64,000 nt of DNA from Balanoglossus misakiensis (taxonomy: Eukaryota > Animalia > Hemichordata): positions 2,654,556-2,718,555 of the forward strand of contig CM082596.2 of assembly GCA_040954595.2 (NCBI GenBank). The letters are read 5' to 3'. The notes below the pieces were generated by a model. It worked only from the letters and a program-made list of their open reading frames with translations, ran no database searches and had not been told where the DNA came from. The translations under genes were made by a program, and so were the position numbers. Each line of letters begins with the position of its first letter. Positions within the stretch are counted from its first letter, which is position 1. Shown one piece after another: positions 11,148-23,100 of the stretch.

Positions 11148-14100
11148 CTGTAATGATGTTGTAGCGAGAAGATGAAGGTATCAGTTAGCTTTCGACATGG
11201 CCTCCAGCAACAACACAGTATTTTAATGATATCACTTTTCGAAAAACGAAAATTGGCCGACTCGATCAAAGATGAAAAATAAAATTAGGCGTTTCACAAC
11301 ACTTTTATGTTGCTTGGGATTTAAATGTGGCTCGTCAATCTGTCAGTTGTGATTTATTTTAGAAAATGTAAATTCGACAAGCCGCTCAGAGGTACCGTAA
11401 CGAAATTGGACTCTTTTGAGCGAATTCTATACTTTTATGGTTCGCTGTGTTATATTATTTTTATTTTTGATGACTATGTCACGAAAAATATATTTTCTCC
11501 AACGGAATTAACTGCTCCTCTGGAAAATGTTTGTATGAGAAAAAGGATTTCTCTATCAGAGTATGGGTTGATTTTGCCTGTCAGGTTGTTGTCCTGTGTT
11601 CAGTAGATCTACTGCTTACCTATCAGTGGTATGGTGCTGCATGGTGGCGTTGTCTCAGCGACGAGCAACAGGAAGACGGTGAGCGAGAGAAGCACGGTGA
11701 TACCCAGGGTAATTTTCTCTCCAGACTCGGCGGGGATGAGAAAACTCAAAATCGTCACCAAGGAGAACAGCCCGCACGGGGTGATGAGGTTGAACACGTA
11801 GTAGATGGGTCGTCTGCGCAGGTAGATGGTGTAGGTCACATCTGTGTAGGGGATACCTGGCGCATCGGGGTAGAACTCGATGTTGGACTTCGACGACAAG
11901 TATTCCATTTCCCATTCTCCGTCGCTCTTAAATACAGATGTGTTCCCTGCTTAATAGCGGAATAACAAATCAAACATAAAGATCTAATTTGGCAAGAATG
12001 TACAGAATTTTAATTCTTTTGAATCTTAATCGTGCTAACATATCTACATATGTACATGTGGCATTGTTCATATTCATTTCAAAATGTTCAATCATGTCTA
12101 CATAAAAGAGATTCTCTTACCTCCCCCGGTCATCACAACTTCCGTGCCTTCATACTGCCATGGCCCAAACTTCATCCGGCACTGTTGTCGATCGAACGGG
12201 AAGTACGTGACGTCAATTTGGCATTTGCTGGTCAGGATGACGGGAGCCGCCCACATGATGTCGCCGTTTGGGTACACCACAGCTATTTGACCTTTCAGGA
12301 TATTTCTGTAATCTTCATAGGCACTGAAAACGAGTGGAATTGTTGATAGGGAACGAAATTAGTAGCAACTCGATTTGGATAAAAGCGACGTCCCGATACT
12401 GGAATACGAGACCCTGATGACGTGAATAAGAATAGGCAGCTAATATATCAGAAATCATATTACATATACAACTGCAAAATAAGGGGATTTTATTACTTTC
12501 ACTCGCCTGTCTCATCATAGAGATGGGACATACGCATGTGGAGACAAAAATTGTAGCATATCCTAGCATTTTAGGTTGAAATTTTGTTTAAGTTGTTAAA
12601 AGGCTTCTACCACCAAAATTGGCATCTCTGTAGCAAAATAACAAATAATGATAGGCTTACTTGTCATAGAGAGAAACATCAGGAAGCCAAATCAAGTCAC
12701 TGGGTATTTTTATGTCTCTTATCCCCGGATACATGGCCTCATCCCAGCTGAGATATTCGTCATTCCATCTCTGCCAATTAAACGATTAGTAATTAGGTAC
12801 AAAGTGGGAGGAGCTGACATGAACAAATATATCTTCGCAGTAGTGAACAACAGGAGTGATTTTCCCTGAGGTAGAATATGACCCAGGAGATAAAAGCCCC
12901 CTTTTATATAAAGAATAACCTTCAAATGCTAGGACAAATTGGCTGGGGCAATTTGTTCAGAACAACAACCAGATTTACCATTTTCGACATCTCAGCTGAT
13001 TTCAAGTGTTTAATCTGTACGTTTTCCGCGAGTTTCACATAACAACTTCTGACACAACACTTCTTGAATTTGGTTTCGACAGAGCTTTTTCTCGTGAGGA
13101 GACTTGCGTCGTGGGAGTTGATGCATTAAGTAATGGCTATGCCATCTGTGTTTATTCGAGCAACAGCTAATGAAATAACCCCAGGTAAAGTCACGGAGAC
13201 ATCTCTCAATCCACGATATATATTGGTCATTTTACGTTCCATTTTCCAATATGGGTATGTTTATTAGTCAAGACATGTTTTGCGTAGACAAAGCCACACC
13301 CCATTAGTAGCCATTCCCTTGGGATACCACAAGAACCATCCAATTTAAGGCACAATTTAATATTTGGCGTATTTCAAGTCATTTTCATTGCGTTGTATTT
13401 GTATTCACCAACCAGCACCTGCGTTTATGTTCAAAATTAAGCGTAGGTGTGAAAGCCTAAGTTTGCATTTACCGTACCAATATTACTTCTCAATCTCATC
13501 ATATTTTCGAATTATATTACACCACATAAAAATGAGATGATATACCTTAACAATGTGACAGACTTTAACATTCCTGATATAAGCTTATGGTGTATAGCGA
13601 TTTTGACCCTTTTCAGGGACCACACGTTTCTGAGGAATTAATGTGGCAAAAGCTTCTTAGAAAAGAAGGGACACTGAAACGCACAGTTTTCAACACAGCT
13701 GCTAATCAATGGGCGCACCTTACAGCTGTATTGGATTGCCAGTCCTCTGAAATCAAATATTTACTCTTACAGATCAGATCAAAACATCAGTAATGTAAAC
13801 TGCATTTCTTACAGTAGTTGAAACTTGTTTATCAGGATAACGACATGTTTAAAGCTCTGTATTGGGGGGAACAATATGATAATAGCGGTTTCTTGTGTAT
13901 AACGACGGAAAATTGCGTCAAGCTAGCACAGGAGCAGAACGCATTTTAATTCAAGTCAAATACATGCTTAGGTAATTGCGATTCAGTCCTCGATTTTACA
14001 ATAAAGTGGACAGTATGAAGTTTAGTATGCAAAATAAAAGACTCAGAAGGAAACATTGCCATTAAAAACCCTGGCCCCCAAATTGATTTTAGAATGAAGC

Positions 14101-17100
14101 TACAAAAGGGTGATAATTCATCTTATGACATCTCAACAGCCGCCTACTCCGAACAGCAAATAGCCCAGAGATGTCTGCAAATATGTGATATAATACTGTA
14201 TTGCTCATGGAATGTTTCCTTCCATTGAATGGTAATACGTCGAAAAATTGGAATATTGAACCTCGCAAGCTAACTAAAGGAAGCCACATATTGCTTGTTC
14301 GACTGTGCAACAAAATGAGCTGACAGACGCTTGCTACATAGACGGCAATAAAGTCATTAACATTCAACAACAGCTTTACATCTGCGATTGCATGTTTAAC
14401 AAGGTTTTATACACCATTACACCGATATACTGTGTGAATACGATTCCGAAGCTTGATCCCGGGCCTCCTAGGACTGTCTAGAGGTCACAGAAGGTGACAC
14501 TCTCTCCTAGCAGTTGTCTGAAATCTGCGATCACCAGACTTTGCTTTGTGGGCTCAGCTCCGGGGCCTTCCACTGGAATTGGCTTCAGAATTGGGGCCCA
14601 TTCACCCTGATTGTTATAACCTTTGATAAACTTCAACAAAAGACTGGATATGCCTCTGCACAATTGGTCTTATTTGACGGTATAAATGCAATCAATGGAT
14701 ATTTTAGAAGCAGTTTGTCAATCAAGAACACAAAACAGAGTAAGCGATGTGTGGTAGATCCCGCGATTTAAGTCTGTTTGTGGCTCCATTACCGGCAACA
14801 GGGGTCAATATCTCAACGAGTGAAGACGGGAAATGAATAATTCTAACCTCCTGGATTTTACAGGGCGTCGTAAAAGCGGGATAAAAATGAATATACAAGA
14901 AGTGATAGTCAAATCTGCGATGGCTTTACAACAACTTCCTTCCTTCCTTCCTCACAGCGAACCCGGTACATCAAATTGAATACCCTATAGAGTTTTTCAA
15001 GCAGTAAATAACCACTATTAAAGTGAGAACAGATGACTCTACGTTTCGTTGGCAGAATTCTGAATCAGACGAAAATCATGCTTTATACATCATGCGAGTT
15101 GTCAACAAAGTGAAATGGTTACTGTAGCTATGGCCAGTTAAACATAATGTAAGTTGATGGAATAAGTCAATCTCAGATTTTAAAACACAAATTAGGTTTT
15201 CTTCAGTTTCGCATCGACTAGTTGTATGTATATCCCAGTTCCCAGTAGTACAGGGACCAGAGCAGAAATGGTGTCTCAAAGTGCAGCTTGTAAAATCATT
15301 TTCTGCCTGGAAGCAGAATGCAAGTAAAACTCATCAAAGTGTGGAGATGCCCCTGTTTCATTGGGGTTAAGTAAATTATGCTGTCAGCAGAAAATCTTCA
15401 AAAAGTCTCCAAGGGCATGTGCACAGAAGTAAATTCAGAGGTGACAATTCACTGGAGGCAGTCATACCACTCACAAGATTTTCTCGCTTCTGAATAATTG
15501 AGTCGCAACAGCAAACCTATCTTTAAGATTTAAAGTATAAGAAGAGGAAATGATATAAAACCGATTTATATAGAATTGAATTAGAGGCAGTGTCTGCTTG
15601 GGAAATGGCTCAGTGATCTAATATGGCCCACCTATCTATCACGGTTTTACCAGAGACTTTGGGGAAATCAGTGACTTATCTCGGAGTTAAAAACAGCTGG
15701 AACAAAGCTTCACTAACCAGAAGCTATATCCCCAGAATTCGTTAATTAAGCCTAAAGATGTCTAAAAGTGGACTGATGCCAGGGGAAGTGATGTTTATCA
15801 CATTCAGAACTTCTTTTGCGGAAGGAACTGATTGCAAGTGATACAATCATTGCCGACTTAATGTCTATTAAATGCAAATGACGCAGACAGTGTATATTCT
15901 AAAGACACCAGGTTGTGAAGAGTCTGTATCTGTTGTACAGACATTCTCTCACTTGTATAAATTTCTGTGGGAAGGAATACTGCCTTCGCAATATGGTCCA
16001 TAGTGCTTGCACACCTATGATTCGTTTCATCATGAGGAACACCATAATAGCTCAATGAATTTCTACATATTATGAAATACTTATAAACACTTACCAGAGT
16101 TAACCAAGTATTAACTTGCAATGTCTGTTTCCGTTCATCCTGAAATTATGAACAATAAGAGATTTATTAATATGTTCAACAGTTGAAATATGGTCACAAT
16201 AGGCAGCCTTTTTTCACAATGGACAACATGTCTCCATTGTTTCCTGTCTCAGCTAACACAGTAGTAGAAATGCCCCATGATTCATTCAAATTGAACCATG
16301 ACAATTGCTAAGACTGGCGTATGTGCGCTATACCGAAACCGGTAGAATTTGTGCATAAAATCTACTTATATATGTACTGAACATTCAAGAACTATTTAGT
16401 TTTCAACATGGGGGGGGGATATAAATAAGAGAGACTCGAACATTGGATAATGCATTGTAAGTTTTTCATTTTAATTTTCATCATGGCTTTCATCTCGATT
16501 TTCCACTCGCCCACGGAATCCTCCTCATTTCCCCTGCTGTTCTTCCACAACCGTGGCCGTGCTTTTACGTCTATTTTCCATTTACAAGGAATATCGCCGA
16601 CAGGAATTTAATTTCAAATGCAAATGACAAACAGTGTCATGTGTTTTCTCAGCATGACTCTCCTCCTTCACAATGTACAAGTGCAAGCGTGGCTGAATCA
16701 ACATATTTTGCCGATATCTTTGTCACCAGAAAGTGGACACAGTTTTCACCAGAGCTGGCAATTAAATTGCCAGAGCTACCTCTTCGATGGCCTACTGATA
16801 TTGGGAGCAAACATGTCAATCATCATTAATCAAACGATCAATCATCGATCACTCAAGTATTCATGTTTGTACAAACCAAATCTGTATATACTGCAAAGTG
16901 CGATAGCATCGTTCTCTAAACTTGCTTATGGAAATGCACGCACAGTGAGTTAAACCTGCACTTTGCAGAGACATTTCCGAACTTGCCAACGTTACAGAAC
17001 CGTACTATAGTTTTCACTGGGCAGGTCACTACGTATCATGTTAATAAAGCATCAGCTGCATTTTATTGCAGTCGGTCATAATAAACCCCCAAAGCTATCT

Positions 17101-20100
17101 TTGATAGAACAGCTCATCTGTTTTACAGGAAATTTGCGATTTATGCTCCATCTAAGATTCAATAAACACGTAGATTGGCCTTGCATCTTTTTATAGCAGA
17201 GAAGAGCAGCATTTTCAGAAATAATCAATCGACCTGTTGTTAATTGAATATACACTTAAGCAGCTTCAAACTTTGGGGTCTAACTGTAACAAATGCCAGG
17301 CAATCCTTCAAAAAGAGTTTTTAAAAATGCCATTTTCATTTTATGTCGCAGTTGCCGACATGAAATGGAGCCTGCTATAACGCAGCTATTAAAATCAGAT
17401 CCGGACAATTACCCTCGTTTTGCACGTAAATCGCTCCTTTCCAGGGTATTTTGCCCAATCTCCAGTGAAAATTACCAAATAGCCTGTGGACAGTTGTGTT
17501 TGGATTCTGATATTACACGTTCTGTGGGTAGCAGCAAATGCAGGCTGCATTTTTTACCGTTGTTAGCATATGTGCTCGAGTCGAACTGGTTAAGATGTAC
17601 ACATGCTACCAGCGTGGTATTATTTTAATCTTAAATGGCCGGCAAACTTTAGATGTCTGGATACAAGAATATTTCATTGACGAAAGTAAATTGAGGAAAC
17701 CAAATGAAGGTGATCTGGGAAATCCGATTTGGATTAAAGTATCGGATATGGTGTATTTAATTTAGTTGGAAATGTAAACAACATAAAATGCCATGAAATT
17801 GATTACTCTTAAACAATACCTCATGATTTTCAAACAATATATCATAAAAGAAAACATATCCCGCGGAACGTTCCGAAATAATGGTGCCTAACCGGCGCAA
17901 ATGTGAATCATGGGAATTAAACCCTATTAAGTGTCAAGCAAGTTGCCAAAACTCACTAATGCTTCCCGATTAGTTGAAAATGTTGAAAGCGACAAGAAAA
18001 TATTTTCTTTCGCTATGAGTATATATTTATACAAAGCAGGCAATCAGCACTTTCGTGTTGAGATATTCACACTTTACATCGACCATAAGCAAAAGCCCCT
18101 ATTCATGTCATTTTCTCAGAATTTATCACCTGTGGTACAATTGAAACGGAGAACGAAGGTCATACACAATATGACCTCTTGAAACATTAAAGAGTACCTG
18201 GGGCGTGTGCTTGGGCATGGTTTTTTATTCACTTGGATTCAATCGTATCTATGAATTTACAAGAGCCCGTAGGCAGAAGACATGCTGAAATATGAAATTT
18301 TCATCCAAGAAAAACAGAGCACGGTACGATCAACTGAATACCTTCAATCTATAAATGGCGATGGCAGTGTGGTGAATAGTATTCGTGTATTGGAGATACC
18401 TGTAAATGTCAAAGGTGATTGTGGATAGTTGCATCTGTCAAGTAGTTTGCGAGAGATAAGAAGAAAAAAAGTGCCTGACCAAATAGAACTGCATCAATTG
18501 CAATGTTTCAAATATCTATACGATGCCCCCAAAACAGTCATCTCACAGGATGAACTCTATGGCTATGATTATGTTCACTAGACATAGAACGACAAAATGT
18601 TTTCATGTTTCTAATACTCATCACATAGTATGTATGAAATTATGGCTTATTGGTCCGTTACTAGTTTTTATGTGGTCGTGATATTGTTAAACGTAACTGT
18701 CTGTAGTGTGGAGTCCTGTAATACCGTGGAGTCCTGTAATACCATGATTACAGCTCATCAAATTATTGTTAACTCTCGGTTTATATTTTACCTGAAGCAT
18801 TTAGACAGTAAAAAGTTATGAGAACAATTGTTAGCCTGTTGACACCATTTCGCGTTCTCGGAAGAGTATATCGATGTAGGTAATTACAATGTGGCACGAT
18901 GTTCCAATGGAAAATTGAATTCCCAGGTCAGTAGTTTACAAGATATGCGGGCGGCGATTATATGAAGAGCTGTAGGGTTTCCAGCCTGGCCTCACAACAT
19001 TGCAATATTTCGGATCAACAATATGAGATTAATATTCCTGTGATACAGTATATGCGTAAAAGCGATGCAGCACAAGTCTGCTATACCTTTGTGGTATAAA
19101 CATATCCTGTTACCACACTCATAAATGTGTGTTGTTGCACAAACATAGAATGATATCTTTGACGGCTGACAGAACAAACGAGGAAGGGATCACATCTCTC
19201 GTCTAATTGGAATATTTCTGTCTAGGAACTGGTGCTTTGGCATGAGCTGGATTGTGACATATTATTGATGGCGTTGTCAGTCTTGACAAACGTGCAGAAT
19301 AACTCGACATGATATCGGACGGACAAATTATATGTGCAGTGCAATTACTCACACATTGTTAAGAAAAACCCATTAATCACCGCGCATTTCTATCATGTGT
19401 AAAAGTGTCTGTTAGATGACGTGCTATTACTTTCGCCACTCCACTTATATAATTGATGAATCATTCATTTCTGCAGTTACATTTCCCTGTTAACGTATCG
19501 TTTGTGTTACCTTACTTGATGTTTGACTTTTGTAGCTGCATGCGAGGTTCGGAGGCGAAATAGATAAGCGAGTTATTGGCACAGATGCACAGAGCCGAGG
19601 TATAGCGAGATGCAGAGAATATGCTTATACATGGATCAGTCAATCAATCAATCAATCAATCAATCAAATAAATGTTATCAGTCTTACCATGTTAATGACT
19701 TGTGAAATAAACAGCTGCATATCCACAGTTGTAACCGTCGAGATGTTGTGGACAGGCCTCACGATTGTATTATAGTCAGCCAGTAACAAGTTGACTAGCT
19801 TTTTCATTGATTCATTTCCGTTGCAATCTGAAAAGGAATAGTAAGGTCAAATCACTCATATCAGAAGCGATACATAAAGACATAAGATAGGGATTTTCAT
19901 AAATGTAGGTGTAGGATTTGCAGTAATAATATTTCTTGGCATTGGGTTGCAATAATCAGATGTTATAATACGGCACTGGAACACATACGCCAAGTGTCGA
20001 TAATTGAATATCTAAGAACCCACTTCATCCAGATGGATGTCGGCGTGGTAAAGTTTGAGAACACGCTGTCGTTTGCTGATATATTGGAAAAATAATTTTG

Positions 20101-23100
20101 TCAGTCATTCAAACATATTTTGACTTCAAGCAAGCGTTATATGATGGTACCCAGAAGATATTTTCTTAAATCCTTCCATTTAACCATAATAGTTGTAATG
20201 ACAACTAATAGTCAAACCATCACACACGCGGCCGTAACCACGTTCTTTAATCACAGCGCGCGATATCTTACCCGAGAAACCTACGCGACGCCCCGAGTAA
20301 TAACTTTCGAGGATCCGTCTAGTGAGCGAAAGAAGAGTCTCGAGGGGTTGTATATTACTTGTTATGGTGCGCTTTGCATAAATCAATTATGGCACTGCCT
20401 TTGGTTGTTGGTCTCACGTTCTATGTGTTTATTAGGCTCATCTCTATTGAGGATTTCATATCTGAAGTACTTAGGAAAAGACCACAATTGTTATTTATGA
20501 GCATAAACAGGTAAAGCGGGGGCATACGTACGTGTATATGTGTATACTTGTAATTCTATTAATTCTAACACCAAAGGCGAACATGTGTTGGTGCGTATAC
20601 TGCATGCTTTCCAGGAAACCGTGTTTAACGAGGTTTAAATATCACGATTTATGATCAGAAGCTGCTTAGCAATATAGATCATTAATGTTCACTTACGTTG
20701 ACCTGCATTTCGATTTCAAATTTATGGAGTGCATGGGCACGAGAAAGAAAAATATTAGTTTCGCTGCTGTTGTGAAATATTAGGTGCAGACCCCAGTCGG
20801 TATTTTTGAAATTTGCGTTTTATGATTACCCATGTGGTCTGATAAATACACGTACTTGGGCTAAATGTGGATTTGTGTATGTACTTAAAACAATTTGCTC
20901 TGAAATTTAACATTTTTCCATGGGGAGAAACACATTTTATCGGCTTTCTGATGGTGTACTTTGTTTGGCACCTCACGAGATCGAAATCAATTCAGAATGG
21001 AGACGATGAATCTACAGTAGAATTCCATCGAGAGGATTTATTGACATGTGAACGAATTTGGATTTATTGCAAACCTGTAAGGACTGCATTTTCAAAAAAC
21101 AGTACTCACTTTCAAAGTTCAATTCTAACAAGCCCAGCAGGTGTCTACGTTTCGAGTTTCAAAACGGCCAGTGATGGTAATTTCGAAAGCTAGATGTTCC
21201 TGTATAAGGTCTTCTTGCTAACAGGGAAGAACCCCACAGCTAATCACTATTAAGTCTGACGTTATTGACAATTATTGGTGTGCACGATTCTTGGTTACCT
21301 TAGTTTCGAATTTCCTTTTCACTACGATAGAATTAATACAGTCCCAGATGAGAATAATTCAGAGGCAAATGAAAACGAGGTCAATTAAACCCAAGTGAAA
21401 GTCGGCCAATAGTTTGAGCCATCTGAATGCCTGGTGAAAATCACTCAATGTTTTTTTTGTCATATGCTTTTGTTATGGATGCATGTATTTGGTTAAATTT
21501 ATCATTCGCAAATGTTTAGTTTCCTGTAGGATTGATTTGACAGGATATTCTTTAACTCAGGAGCAGTCTTTCCAATTACTCACAAAGATAAATGCAATAT
21601 GGCAGGTGTCGTGCCAAATTTGCTGACACAGAAAAAATGCAGCTGGATCGAAAATACTTATGCTGCTTAAGCCATTGATGAAGAGACAAGAAATGTTCTT
21701 ACACAGGAGCGCATGGTCATTTGGGTTATAAGTACCTTGATAGTGCCAAGCTCAATTTACCAGGATTTGACATCTGATGGGAAGTAGGACGCTATTCTAC
21801 TTTACCAAAGCAATTGTATGATATGTGTTTACCAAAAACCCTATCTTGTTTCACCAAACTTTCATTTGTTGTTATCCTCTGTTGCGACTAGGATGCAGGA
21901 AAAATTTACAGTCAACGGAGGATAAAATCCTCCAGGAATATCAATCTGGCTTGTGGATGACTGAAGAAGCAACAAAGATCGATATTGCAAACTTCGTTTC
22001 TTGCTTGTGGTCATGTGACGTCAGCGTAAGTCACACAGTGGCCAATCAGAAGATCTGCATGGAAATTCTCGAGTATATCGATTTGAGGAGGGTGGGGGTG
22101 ACTCATGTGGAATATTTTTGGCACCACAGACAACAGAACAGAATAAGAAAAGCGTGAAGTTGTGTATGTTGAAGATAAAAAAAACCAGAAATCCAGAGTA
22201 TTATATCGAAACAAACTCAAGTGCGTTACACACGCCTTTCACCTAATGGTTTTTCTTCCAAAACACCTGATGTCGTTTTCTCGCACGTTGTTGTTCTCAA
22301 GTTGTGATCAGTACTTGTTATAAATGACTTCATCAAATCGTGTCAATCGTAATCCGGTGAGATAAAGTATGTGACAGTTTTTGCCTGCGTGTCTTTGTCG
22401 ACGTCAAATATAAATCAGGATACTACGATAAACACTCGACCGCAATCTGTACAGCGACGAGGCTTTTAGCTGTCAATCAAAGTTGTGGTGTTACATTCTT
22501 CTGCTGTACCTAACCTGCCAATCAATACACTGGAGTAGAATAATCGCTTGCGATTGAATGATACATTACTACGTGCATGCTTGAACATACTTCCTGTATC
22601 TTTGCAGTCGTGTTCAGTGGCTATAAGCAGCTGTGCATTATTTCAGGAGTTATAGAGGATTGCAGCAGAAAAACATGAGTAAACATTATATTATTGTGAT
22701 GTTGTTTTGGTAACTTGTGAGTTACCCAAGGCAATAGGAATCCTGATGTGCAGGGCTAAAATGTAGTTTGCCCAATCTGACACGTACGCAGTGACAATGT
22801 CGATATATGGACATGTAACTTATATCACTTCAAAAATATTATGCCTACGGCTTTCCAAGTTCGACACTTGATATGTATTGTGCTGCTTTCTTTCAAGTTC
22901 AAGTGTTTATCGGTAAACTACCTTGTTGTAATACGATTGCTTTTGTAATAACACCCAAAGTTGAAGTATTTATCATGGAATTCCCTTGTTACCATGCGAT
23001 TGCTTTGGCAATAAAGGCTTCCGAGATTCATTGTAACTCGGTTGGCGCCACTATTTCTGCAGCGCCGTGGCGTCAGACAAGAAACTCATAAAATATATAC

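Noticed and set aside
10689-12346. Plus-strand ORFs such as 11531-11965, 12032-12346 and 10689-11074
   Set aside because: Antisense shadows of the nAChR-like exons.
14449-14503. Run of restriction sites (AAGCTT, CCCGGG, CCTAGG, TCTAGA) plus AGGTGACACT resembling an SP6 promoter, suggesting vector contamination
   Set aside because: Only 10 nt match SP6, the site order matches no polylinker I recognise, and there is no vector backbone; likely chance.
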